Below are positions 44,477 through 55,690 of a stretch of DNA of 64,000 nucleotides, piece by piece. Both the position numbers and the translations under genes were made by a program. Numbering within the stretch: the first letter of the stretch is position 1; each line of letters opens with the position of its first letter. The stretch is from contig JAANOX010000037.1 in assembly GCA_020184695.1 (NCBI GenBank), positions 1 through 64,000 of the forward strand, read 5' to 3'. A model generated the notes under the pieces. The model had not been told where the DNA came from. It ran no database searches and saw only the letters and a list, made by a program, of their open reading frames with translations. The stretch is from Histomonas meleagridis 2922-C6/04-290x. Its lineage: Eukaryota > Protista > Parabasalia.

Positions 44477-45583
44477 TCATATAACTTTATTTGGTACAAT
44501 TCTTTCTGGTTTTAGAACCACTGGTTGACTCTTTTTAATGTCAATTTCTTTATTTTTTAGTCTGTTTTCATCTGTAACAAGTTTCTGATGTTTTTCCGGT
44601 ATATTTAATGGCGCTAAATGACTCGGCTCCGTTTCCAAATTATGTTTTTGGACAAACGGATGTTTATATGCTTCTTCCGCTGATATTCTTTTCGATGGAG
44701 TCAATTGAAGCATAGTTAAAAGGAAGTCAACAGCACCATCATATTCACTTCCGATTTTCTCTTCGAGATATTCACGAAGTCGATTCGGTTTCGGTTTTTT
44801 TGGATTGAAGAATTTCTCGAATTCGGCAGCTTCAGGCCATTCTTCGAGATTTGGTGTGCCGCAAATATCAAAAATTGCTTCAAGCTGTGCAATTTCTTGT
44901 GACGGTGCATTACGTGGACATTGAAAAAGTGGTTCCTTTTTCATCATCTCATAAAATACGCATCCAACACTCCATATGTCTACTTCGTATTTGTAATGCT
45001 TACAGCCCATAAGAAGCTCTGGAGCTCTGTAGTATAGGGTTATAACCCCTGATGTGTAATGAACAACTCGATCTTCAAGAATCTTTCGTGCAAGACCGAA
45101 ATCTCCTAGTTTAATGATATTTTCATTCGTAACAAAAATATTTGCTGGTTTTAAATCACGGTGAACTATATGACTGTCTTGACATATTTTGAGAGCTAAT
45201 AATAATTGTTTAATATATGAAATAATATGCATAGGAGTTAAACTAGATTGACTTGATTTATCATACAGAAGGCCATAAAGATCGAATTCACAATATTCAA
45301 ATGTTAAATAGATTTGATCATCTTTGGTAGAAACAATTTCTTTAAGACCTATAATATTATCATGATGAAGAGATTGTAAAGTGTTTATTTCGCGAATTGT
45401 GTTTAATGGAAAACCATCACGAATGGAGTTGGCCTTAGGTAATTTAATTCGCTTAAGAGCTCGAATTTGTCCTTCTTGATCCTTGCATTTATAAACAACT
45501 CCATAAGTTCCAACACCAACCTTTTCTATTATTTCGTATTTATCCTTTATATCATCGACTTTGCAGTGGATCGTTTGCTCCAT
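44477..45583 (-). CDS. Cyclin-dependent kinase (CMGC; CDK9/CRK-like)
   Basis: VGVGTYGVVYK, GFPLNTIREI, HRDLKPANIF, DFGLAR, VITLYYRAPELLMG, DIWSVGC. Confidence 0.93.
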   Translation of the reverse strand: MEQTIHCKVDDIKDKYEIIEKVGVGTYGVVYKCKDQEGQIRALKRIKLPKANSIRDGFPLNTIREINTLQSLHHDNIIGLKEIVSTKDDQIYLTFEYCEFDLYGLLYDKSSQSSLTPMHIISYIKQLLLALKICQDSHIVHRDLKPANIFVTNENIIKLGDFGLARKILEDRVVHYTSGVITLYYRAPELLMGCKHYKYEVDIWSVGCVFYEMMKKEPLFQCPRNAPSQEIAQLEAIFDICGTPNLEEWPEAAEFEKFFNPKKPKPNRLREYLEEKIGSEYDGAVDFLLTMLQLTPSKRISAEEAYKHPFVQKHNLETEPSHLAPLNIPEKHQKLVTDENRLKNKEIDIKKSQPVVLKPERIVPNKVI

Positions 45584-46329
45584 TGCTGGACAACGATAGG
45601 TGTCACTTTTCGAATCATTTATTTAATTATAAAGTATCGGCCTTTTTCAAACCGGTTTTGAACAGTTTATGAATAATCAAATTCATCACCTAATTTTTTT
45701 CAGCTAAGCAATATATATGTTGAAGAACTTTCAAAGTGATTGGGAACTCCATAAGGAATTAAATGAAGAAGGAATTAACCAAATGAAATTTCGAAGATAA
45801 TTCGAAATGATGAAATCGAAAAACTTCAATAAATATAATCACAAACAAATGCATACTTTCGTATGTGAGCCTGCACAAGAATATGGTGTTACATCAAATA
45901 TTAAAAGAGGTAAAATTCCTATAATTGCCACGTGCACCAAAAATAGCGTTCAAAATTAATGCTGATATCGAGCAATATATCAAGAAGTATGGAATCCCTC
46001 AAAAAATATTCAGGTTGGCAATTTCCAAGAATTTCCAAATTAATAAACGTCATCAAATTGTTTTAAATTTCACTTTATATAATTTTATGAATATTTACTT
46101 ACCAGTGTAATGTATAGTTGAAATGGAATTTGCATCACCTTGTTAAAGTGATTGAGTATTTTATGTTTTAAGAATATAATTTTTTTAATTAATTGTATTT
46201 ATGGATAGATTAAACTAATCATTATTATTAGAAATCATTTATTCACTGGTAAAATGTAATCAGTGTCAACCATATAAACGGTCGTTTTAAACGTTTGATC
46301 AAACTGCCTTAAATTTAAGTGTTCTCGAT

Positions 46330-49300
46330 ATGATAGCTAACGGTAATTCAACTAGTAAAAACAATTACAAATCTGGATATTTACAGTTACTAACAACACT
46401 TGAAAAAGTTATATTTAATTTAAATGAAGAAAATATTGAATTATCATTTCAACAAACAATCGATTCATTTGATAATAATTTTCCGTATTCATATAATTTA
46501 GTAATAAGCAACTTAGTTTTTTATTCATTTTTCTCACAAGCTAAATCAAGTGATATATTTTTATCATATTTAAAGTTAATTCAAATAAAAGAAGAAGAAA
46601 TAAATAAAAACATTCCTAATCTCATAGAAATTTTTAGTAGATGTATAATCGAAGCCAAATTACAGGAACAATGTTATCTTCTTGAAAATATGATTGAACA
46701 AAATTTAATTGATAGAAATATATTAACACAAGTACATAATTTATATTTTGCACATTATATGAAATTTGATGAAATCGAACGATTAAAAAATAATAAATTT
46801 TATTACTCATTCATACAAAACTATGATGAGCTTTCAAAGAACAATTGGGAGCTTCATAAGAAATTAATTGAAGAAGGACATAATCCGAATGAGGTTGCAA
46901 AAATAATTCGAAATGATGAAATTGAAAAACTTCAAGAAATGTCAACACAAAGTAATTTTGATATTAATCAAATAATAGCACCATCACTTTATGAAAGATG
47001 TACATTTATTAATCAAGGAATTTCATTAATTGATTATGCAGCATTTTTTGGATCAATTAAATGTTTTAAATATTTACTTATGAATAATGCAAATGTAGAA
47101 AATACAGGCAAATATGCAGTTGCAGGTGGAAATCTTGAAATCATTCATTTATGTGAGCAAAATCATTCATCATTTGAGGAAACATCTTTAACAGCAATTA
47201 AATTTCACCAAAATGATATTTTTCATTATTTATGCGAAAATAAAATCATTGAAATTAATGATTTAAATTATTTAGGAAGTTTATGTATTTATCATAATAA
47301 TTTTGAAATTTTCTCATTTCTAGAAAAAGAAGGAATGAAAATCAATAATGGCCTTTATCAAGAGGCAGCAAAAAATGGTAATATGTATCTTATTAAACAT
47401 TTTCATAAAGATAATAAAATTCCAAAAAATATTTTAGTTTTTTCTTCAGAATCACAAAATATTGAACTTGTTAAATATTGTTTGAAACAAAAAGGAATTA
47501 GTATCAATGCAAAAGATAATTATTTAAATAATATGAAAATTCAAAATACTATTTGATAATCATTTATATTATTTAAAACAGCGCTAATAAATGCATCTTA
47601 TATTGGTCAGTTGGAAATAGTTAAATTACTTGTTGACAAAAAAAATCTAAAAATAAATCTTAGTGATATTTATATATTTTATTAAAAATTTATTTTAATG
47701 ATTTTATGTTTCAAAATAATATTTGGAAATTATTTAAAATGTTTAACACAGCATTTATTTATGCATCAAAAAAAGGTCATGTAGAAATAGTTAAAATATT
47801 ACTTCAACAAAAAGGAATTGATATTAATATTAAAAATATTTTTTTATGATATTGAAATTTTGTTGATTAAATTTAAAATCTTAAAATAATATTTAAAAAT
47901 TATTCAACATATTTAAAACTTCTCTTATTTATGCATCTAAAAATTATCATTTAGAAATAGTTAAATTACTTCTTGAACAAAAAAGCATTGAAATAAATGC
48001 AAAAGATAATTGTTTACATTATTTGAAGTTTTTGAATATAACTTAATACTTTCAAATAATATTCGGGAATTCACCAAATTATTTAAAACAGCACTTCTTT
48101 ATGCATCTAAAAAAGGGAATATAAAAATAATCAAATTGCTTCTTGAACAAAAAAATCTCAAGATAAATATGTTTGATATTCGTTTTAATAATCTAAAAAT
48201 TACTTCAATATTTTAATATTTTAATATAATATTTAGAATTTATTCATATTATTTGATACAGCACTTATTTTAGCATCTTCCAAAGGTCATACAGAAATCG
48301 TTAAATTACTTCTTGAACAAAAGGTAACTGATATTAATGCAAAAAATGTTTATATGTTTTTTAAAAATTTTTTTTATATAGTTTAATATTTCAATATCAC
48401 ATGTAGAAACTATTTAAATTATTTGAAACAGCACTCTTGAAAGCACTTAAAAATGCTCATATAGAAACAGTTAAATTACTTCTTGAACAAAAAGGCATTG
48501 ACTTTAATGCTAAAGATATTGATTTGTTTTATTTGATATTTATTTTGATAATTTAATATTTCAAAATAATATTCGGAAATTATTTAACTTATTTAAAACA
48601 GCACTTATTTTAGCATCGAATAATGGTCATATAGAAATAGTTAAATTACTTCTTGAACAAAAAGGCATTGACTTTAATGCTAAAGATATTGATTTGTTTT
48701 ATTTGATATTTATTTTGATAATTTAATATTTCAAAATAATATTCGGAAATTATTTAACTTATTTAAAACAGCACTTATGTATGCATCGAATAATGGTCAT
48801 ACAGAAATAGTTAAATTACTTCTTGAACAAAAAGGAATTAATATTAATGCAAAAAATATTTATTTGTTTGATTTATGATTTATTTTAATAATTTTATGTT
48901 TCAAAATAATATTTGGGATTTATTTAAATTATTTTGTACAGCACTTATGTATGCAACTATGAATGGTCATACAGAAATAGTTAAATTACTTCTTGAACAA
49001 GAAGGAATTGATATTAATGCTAAAAATATTTATTTGTTTTATTCAGTATTTATTTTAATAATTTAATATTTCAAAATAATATTTGGGATTTATTTAAATT
49101 ATTTTGGACAGCACTTATTTATGCATCTGAAAATGGTCATACAGAAATAGTTAAATTACTTCTTGAACAAGAAGGCATTGACTTTAATGCTAAAGATATT
49201 GATTTGTTTTATTTGATATTTATTTTGATAATTCCATATTTCAAAATAATATTCGGAAATTATTTGACTTATTTAATACAGCACTTATTTTAGCATCGAA

Positions 49301-49856
49301 TAATGGTCATATAGAAATAGTTAAATTACTTCTTGAACAAGAAGGTATTGATATTAATGCTAAAGACATTTATTTGTTTTATTTGTTATTTATTTTAATA
49401 GTTTGTTATTTCACAGTAATATTTGAAAATTATTTAAGTTATTTGAAACAGCACTTATTTATGGATCTAGAAGAGGTCATACAGAAATAGTTAAATTACT
49501 TCTTAAACAAAATGGAATTGAAGTTAATGTTAAAAATATTTACTTATTTTATATAATATTTATTTTAATAATTTTGGAATACTTCAAATTAATATTTGGG
49601 AATCATTTGAAATACTTAATACAGCACTTATATGGGCATCCTTTTATGGAAACATAGAAATCGTCAAATTACTTCTAGAGCATGAAGGCATTGATATTAA
49701 TATTCAAGATATTTCTTTGTTTTAGTTAAAATTTATAAAAATAATTTAGTATTTTATTATAATATTTGGAAATTATTTACATTATTTAAAACAGCACTTA
49801 TGTGGGCATCTTTAAATGGTTATTTAGAAATAGTTAAATTACTTCAAGAACGATAA
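46330..49856 (+). CDS. DUF3447-ankyrin repeat gene C; 14 ankyrin bodies on a 170-nt period with 4 x (17-nt spacer + 1 codon) per loop
   Basis: ORF 46330..47556, then Thr codons at 47578, 47748, 47918, 48088, 48258, 48428, 48598, 48768, 48938, 49108, 49278, 49448, 49621 and 49791. Ends ...IVKLLQER-TAA at 49854-49856. Confidence 0.85.
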
Positions 49857-50356
49857 AGAACTTCCTTTATTGCAAAGTAAATAAATATAAATTTGTTATT
49901 GTTTTCTTTTATTACTTAGAAGATACATTTCCCCAAAATTTCTTTAACAATGTTTTTCATCAATTATGCCTCTGAGCCCAAATGGTCCATTACCTATTGA
50001 CTCCATAACCATTTTTGTGATCTTCTTCAAGTCTCCATACTTAATTTGAGCTCCTTCCCGATCAGTAACTTTAGCTGCAATCTCAATCTTATAAATGAAT
50101 TTCCTTTGCTTTGAAATAATCCACTGCGCTCTCTCATCTTCTGTTCCTTGTAAACCAAAAACAAACTACTTGCCCGATTTACATATAAGAAATATGTGCC
50201 ACTGTTGGCAGAGATCTGCCGACTTGAAACATTTAAACTTAAAACTTCGCGTTAATATAATTTTTAAAAAGCAATTTTTGACATCAATCAGAAGAGACAA
50301 AACACAATTCAATTACATGTGATAATAAAATACAAAAATTTGACAATTCATGTTGT

Positions 50357-51487
50357 TTAGAAGCACTTGCGGTGGACAATTCCTGGACCAGCTTCGTTGT
50401 ATTCATCACGTGTGATAACCATTTGTGGGAATGTGGCAAGGGAGGCGAGGATGGAGCCACCGATCCAAACTGCGTACTTACGTTCTGGTGGAGCGACGAC
50501 TTTGATCTTCATTGTTGGTGGTGCGAGGCGGACCATTTCCTTCTCCATACGTTCTGGGAGACCTTCGAACATTGTGGTACCACCAGAAAGAACAATGTTA
50601 GCGTAGAGATCCTTACGGACATCGATATCGCATGCCATGATGGAGTTGAAGAGGGTTTGATCAATACCTTCGAATTCGAAGCCGTTGAAGTGTGGCTTGA
50701 AAAGAAGTTCTGGGCACCTAAAGCGCTCGTTGGCGATGGTGATGACGTTGCCATCTGGAAGTGTGTATGAGATGTCGCATTCGGATGTTGTAGCGGCCTT
50801 GTTCATTTCTTCGTCGAAATCAAGTGCAACATATGCGTGCTTCTCCTTGATATCACGAACAATTTCCTTTTCGGCGGATGTTGTGAAGGTGTAGCCACGT
50901 TCGTTGAGGATCTTTTGGAGGTAGGCTGTGAGATCACGACCGGCGAGGTTGATACGCATGATGGCGTGTGGAAGGGAGTAACCTTCGTAGATTGGAACTG
51001 TGTGGGAAACACCATCACCTGCATCGAAAACGATACCGGTTGTACGACCTGATGAGTAAAGGGAAAGAACGGCTTGGATACCAACATAGAATGCTGGAAC
51101 GTTGAATGTTTCGAATTGGAGTTGGATCATCTTTTCACGGTTAGCCTTTGGGTTCATTGGGGCTTCTGTAAGAAGAACTGGGTGTTCAGCTGGGTCAACA
51201 CGTAATTCGTTGTAGAATGTGTGGTGCCAGATCTTTTCCATATCGTCCCAGTTAGTAACGATACCGTGTTCAATTGGGTACTTGAGGATAAGGATACCTG
51301 CCTTAGCACATGCTTCATCACCAACATATGTATCCTTGTTTTGACCACCTGCGATTGTTTGGACATACTTTGGACGACCAACAATGGATGGGAAAACTGA
51401 GCGTGGTGCTTCATCACCAGCGAAACCAGCCTTGCACATACCGGAACCATTATCGATAACTAATGTTTGAACTTCGTCTTCAGCCAT
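50357..51487 (-). CDS. ACT: Actin (trichomonad type)
   Basis: [40 protein letters not shown]...[10 protein letters not shown]; intact; GC-richer codon usage than neighbours. Confidence 0.98.
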   Translation of the reverse strand: MAEDEVQTLVIDNGSGMCKAGFAGDEAPRSVFPSIVGRPKYVQTIAGGQNKDTYVGDEACAKAGILILKYPIEHGIVTNWDDMEKIWHHTFYNELRVDPAEHPVLLTEAPMNPKANREKMIQLQFETFNVPAFYVGIQAVLSLYSSGRTTGIVFDAGDGVSHTVPIYEGYSLPHAIMRINLAGRDLTAYLQKILNERGYTFTTSAEKEIVRDIKEKHAYVALDFDEEMNKAATTSECDISYTLPDGNVITIANERFRCPELLFKPHFNGFEFEGIDQTLFNSIMACDIDVRKDLYANIVLSGGTTMFEGLPERMEKEMVRLAPPTMKIKVVAPPERKYAVWIGGSILASLATFPQMVITRDEYNEAGPGIVHRKCF

Positions 51488-51496
51488 TAGAATAAA

Positions 51497-51506
51497 TGTG
51501 AAGTGA
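51497..51506 (-). promoter_or_regulatory. Initiator (Inr) element of actin
   Basis: TCACTTCACA about 10-20 nt upstream of the ATG; fits the trichomonad TCAY(T/A) Inr. Confidence 0.7.
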
Positions 51507-51904
51507 TTTGATGATAGCACTTTTTAATTCAAACACACATCGACAAGTGGACAAGTGCAACCGGTTATCCTCATGGTTTGGGGTGGCCTATTTTTCGTGT
51601 GAAACTCCACTTTTTCGTAAATAGGGATATTGGTCTGAAAAATTAACGGTCAAAATAGTTAATTCAAACACATTATGTGTTTCAAACTCTATTTTAATGA
51701 TTATAAGTCTTTTAGACAAAAAATTTTGGAACAAATGAATGAGGTCATTCATGGTGAAAAAAATTATATTAATTCAATCATTTTTTAACGAAATAAGTCT
51801 AAAATTTATGTAACAAAAAAATGTTGTTTAAATCTTTTAACACAACTGCCTCCTTTTTCATCAAAAGAAAATAAATGTGTCTTTTTCTATGTTGTCATTA
51901 CGTT

Positions 51905-52033
51905 TTATCCGGAAGTATCTTTAGCATTAACATCAATTCCTTTTTGTCCAAGAAGTAATTTAACAATTTCTATATGACCATTTTCAGGTGCAAGCATAAG
52001 TTCTGTATTGCATAATTAAAATAATTTCCAAAT
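51905..52033 (-). pseudogene. Single-repeat remnant of a fourth spacer-type ankyrin gene
   Basis: GGA-[AATTATTTTAATTATGC]-AAT-TELMLAPENGHIEIVKLLLGQKGIDVNAKDTSG-TAA; the upstream part is missing. Confidence 0.7.
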
Positions 52034-52035
52034 TA

Positions 52036-52727
52036 CAGTCCCGGACAGCAAAAAATGTCCCCAGAAAAAACCGCCATAATTAATAAACGTTCATAAGCCA
52101 GTAATTTTGTTTATTGAAAAGAAAAAGCTGGCCAACGTATTTTTCCACTTTTAAGGTTTTTTTCACGAGACAGAAAAATATCCATCCGACATAAAACTGT
52201 CCATTGGCCAGAAAAAATGTCCATTTCCTAAAAAAGTGTTCAATTTGAAACATTTTACATATTATTTAGGAACATATTATTTTTCTTTGTGAAAACAGTA
52301 TGTTTTAATAGAGAAATAATACTTTACAAAAGGTGTTATACAAGGATGTAATGTTAAAAGTCATTGCTTTTAAAAAATAATTTTTTAATTAACCACAAAA
52401 TTACCGTTAATAAACAATTATTCCAACCACTCGATTTAGTAACCTTGGCGTCTTCAAAAATGAAATTCGTTATACAACTTAAAAAATGAAAATGGTACCC
52501 AACTTGAACGAATAGTTAGTGTTATCTCAGCTATTGAACGTGCAACGATTTCAGAGAACAATCGAAATGCTTTTTATCGTGCTGGCTTAGAAATTGATAC
52601 CTCAAATGATCCACATACAGTGGTAATTAATGAAAATAAACTCAAGCAAAGAATCGAAGAAAATCGCTTGATTGATTCACCAATATCACCAAGGGCAAAA
52701 ACATTTGGATACATCAATAAAAAATAA
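52036..52727 (+). mobile_element. Decayed Tc1/pogo (DDE_1) DNA transposon remnant
   Basis: TA|CAGTCCCGGACA possible left end at 52034-52047; frameshifted transposase C-terminus QLFQPLDLVT(F)GVFK...ERATISENNRNAFYRAGL at ~52415-52727. Right TIR not found. Confidence 0.5.
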
Positions 52728-53112
52728 TTAATTATTTTTTTGAAAATTAATTTTTAAATAATACACTTAATGCTAATAAATTTACTCAATATATCATTTT
52801 AATTATATATTTATAATATATTTTTTATTTAATTATTTAATAATTTCAAGGATGTAATGGAATAAAGTCTCTTAACGGTCGCCAATGGCGTTGTCTAGGT
52901 TTTCATTGAACGTTAAACACAAAATAATATTACAGATTTATTTTAAACTATTCAATTCAGCTTCATCATATAAAGGTTTAAATAAGTCAAAAATTAATGT
53001 AAATGGTCTATTTCAAGTTTTCATTTTCATTTTTTATATTTTAGAACGTTCATAAATAAGAAAATTCGATTTACATTGTCTGAAACAATTGTTTATTAAA
53101 ATTTATTAAAAA

Positions 53113-54438
53113 TCATTTTTGAGATTGGTAATCCCAAATACAGACAAATCCATCACCACTACAAGAAACAAAAGCTTTCTGTGTTGGGTGATGCGATATC
53201 TGGAAGACGGTATCTTGATGCGCATTAATAACGCATAAAGCTTCTCCAGTTTTATGGTTCCAAATTCTAATTGTTTTATCTTTCGAACCAGTAAACATCA
53301 ATGGCTCTTTTGGCGAAAATGCCACAACTAAAGGAAAGTCGGTATGACCTTCTAATGTATGTCTTAATGTTGCGACTCCTCTAACCATCCAAACCTTTAA
53401 TGCATTATCCTGTGCCACTGTAGCAATCGTATCATCAAATGGAGAAACAGCAATACATAATAATTGTTGTTGATGACCCGGAAAACTTGTCATCGGTTGA
53501 TCAAATGTATCGCTATAAATTCCAATCTTTCCATTATGAAAGCCAACAGCATAAAATGGTACCTCGGGCGTTGTCGCAATGCGTACAATAATGCCATCGT
53601 TTTGCCCATTCCCATGAACAAGCCGCTTCACTTGTGAAAAGTTTGATGTGTCCCAAACGTTTATAACCCCGTCATAACCGCCGGAAATTACCCATTTACC
53701 GTCCGCGCTGAAAACAACAGAGTTAATTTCTTTAGTATGCCCTTCAAATGTGTGAATTAGAGACTTGCTATTGATGTTGTAAAGAAGCAGTGTGTTATTG
53801 GGACCACTTAATGCAAGTAATTTATCATCAGGAGAAAATTGAAGTGCACGGGTATATTGATTATGACTATCTTGGGAAGTTGGGAGAGGAATTGTAGATA
53901 TAGACTCACCAGTTTCTGGATTTATTATGTAGATCGAAAATCCATCTGCAAATGCAACTTTAGATCCATCTGAAGAAAATTGAACTGTACAAATCACAGA
54001 GGATGTGCTGATTGCGTGACGAAGAGTAACATTAGTGGGTGGAAATGATTCTGATAATGATGTGATTTGTGGGGTTAATTGAATATTAATAAGTTTGGGC
54101 GTTTGTGAAGTAACTTGCACATTTGTAAGAAGTGCTTGCGTGGTGTTTTGTGCTGTGTTCTGTTCTAAGTTGTTGGGGAAATTTTTGGTACAAAGATCAA
54201 ATTTTAACCTTAACTTTTTATAAATTTGGCGGAGTCTGTTGTGGTCTTCTTGGCATTGCTGTAAGTGAATTATGTATTGGTCACGGATTCTTTCATAACG
54301 AAGATTTTCTTCTCGTAATAATTCAACACTTTGTCTGGCTGTGTTGATTTTCTGAACAATGGAGTCGATGGACTCGCTTCCGTTGCTTCCATCAATAATC
54401 GAATTTACTACAATTCGAATATTCGAGCTCGCTGCCAT
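53113..54438 (-). CDS. Tup1-like WD40 corepressor (N-terminal coiled coil + 7 WD40)
   Basis: Coiled-coil N-terminus; SVICTVQFSSDG, YTRALQFSPDDKLLA, GHTKEINSVVFS...SGGYDGVINVWD, TGSKDKTIRIWN. First ATG 54438. Confidence 0.75.
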   Translation of the reverse strand: MAASSNIRIVVNSIIDGSNGSESIDSIVQKINTARQSVELLREENLRYERIRDQYIIHLQQCQEDHNRLRQIYKKLRLKFDLCTKNFPNNLEQNTAQNTTQALLTNVQVTSQTPKLINIQLTPQITSLSESFPPTNVTLRHAISTSSVICTVQFSSDGSKVAFADGFSIYIINPETGESISTIPLPTSQDSHNQYTRALQFSPDDKLLALSGPNNTLLLYNINSKSLIHTFEGHTKEINSVVFSADGKWVISGGYDGVINVWDTSNFSQVKRLVHGNGQNDGIIVRIATTPEVPFYAVGFHNGKIGIYSDTFDQPMTSFPGHQQQLLCIAVSPFDDTIATVAQDNALKVWMVRGVATLRHTLEGHTDFPLVVAFSPKEPLMFTGSKDKTIRIWNHKTGEALCVINAHQDTVFQISHHPTQKAFVSCSGDGFVCIWDYQSQK

Positions 54439-55153
54439 TTGGTGAAAAGTCTGTCCCTGAAATGGAAGTCGTTTATTGTCACTTTTTGTGGATAGCTTAA
54501 TCAATTCAAATGTAAATAAACAACTGAAAAGTAAAAACTTTGGTTTTTTTTTCAATTAGGAAGAATATCCAAACATGACCTTTTTTCAATGCTGTCTTTA
54601 AGCCTCAATCGGAAATAAATTTTTCCTTAGATGTTGTTCGAATTTTATGAAAAGCAATGAATTATTTCAGTTAAAATAATATTTTATGAAAAAAACCAAT
54701 TATGAAAAAGACGATATTTTTTAAAAATATCTTTTAAAATTAATTGATCCATTTAATTAAAATATTTGGGTAATTCTTAATTCGTTTGTAGAATAATAGT
54801 TTGGTATATAATCTAATTCAATTATCGTAATGAAGAAAAAAAAAATTACATATTTATGAGTTCAAAAATAACCTTTTTTAATGATATTATATTTGCTTAA
54901 AGTACAAATCTTAACCAATCAATGTATATACCTAATTAGCTTGAAAAATTGATGGTCTTTTATGTTGATGTACATCATAATTATAAAAAAATTTATTTAA
55001 TTTCTCCTATATTTTACCATAATGACCATACACTTTAAATGAATTTTAAGTAGTTAAGACAATTTATTTTTAAATTTCCTTATCAGTTGAGATGTTAACA
55101 AAAAAATTCCTATTAAAAATAAACGTTCTTTCTTTTGTGGCCATTAATTCGAA

Positions 55154-55690
55154 ATGGGAAGGAAAGAACGAAAACTCAATAAAGCCTACCTGAGAAAAAA
55201 GAGATTGACACAAACACCTCGCCTTCCACCAGAACTTAAAAGAGCATTAAAAGAAAGAGGTGTTGAATTACCATCAAAAATAACTTCACATGGTTTTTAC
55301 AAAAAACTTGGTTTACAAATAAATCCGAATGCAGATGCAAAAACCCAACTTGGTTTTCATGATAAATTAGCAGAAGTGAAAGCAAATGTTAAAAAACCCC
55401 AAAAAGAAGAAGAAATGGGAAATTCAGAAATATTCCAGGAAGCAGCTGATTCAATTCCTCACGGACCTGGATACCAAAAGCATCTCAATGATTATGAAAT
55501 TAAATGCATTTCCCAACTTCGTGCATTTTATGGGGATGATCTTCAAATGATGGCTTACGATTACAGAAGAAACCCAATGCAATGGTCAGTTGGACAGCTC
55601 CGGGAAAAAATTGCGATTTACGAAAACACAGCTGCTTTACTTGAGTCTAAAGCGGATGAACTAGCATCAGATGGAGAAAAGGAAGAATAA
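55154..55690 (+). CDS. NOP16: Ribosome biogenesis protein Nop16-like
   Basis: Basic N-terminus, FYKKLGLQINPN, FYGDDLQMMAYDYRRNPMQWSVGQLREKI. Confidence 0.75.
   Translation: MGRKERKLNKAYLRKKRLTQTPRLPPELKRALKERGVELPSKITSHGFYKKLGLQINPNADAKTQLGFHDKLAEVKANVKKPQKEEEMGNSEIFQEAADSIPHGPGYQKHLNDYEIKCISQLRAFYGDDLQMMAYDYRRNPMQWSVGQLREKIAIYENTAALLESKADELASDGEKEE

Noticed and set aside
47518-49790. Stop-codon reassignment or readthrough as the explanation for the broken ankyrin arrays
   Set aside because: Gaps are 80 or 83 nt (not multiples of 3) and in gene B vary in 20-nt steps, so readthrough cannot keep frame. Other genes use TAA and TGA as normal stops.
47518-49790. One canonical spliceosomal intron per ankyrin repeat
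   Set aside because: No consistent GT...AG ends or trichomonad ACTAAC branch motif. A single 68-nt excision does not recover the D-x-x-G-x pattern, whereas four 17-nt excisions do.
47518-49790. Classical matched-codon ribosomal bypassing
   Set aside because: Take-off codons (variable) do not match the landing triplet (mostly TTT), and decoding the leading ATT would insert Ile residues into the loop. Not formally excluded, but disfavoured.
49947-50220. Short minus-strand coding-like remnant (WHIFLICKSGK*FVFGLQGTEDER...)
   Set aside because: Contains a stop, has no start, and its identity cannot be assigned.
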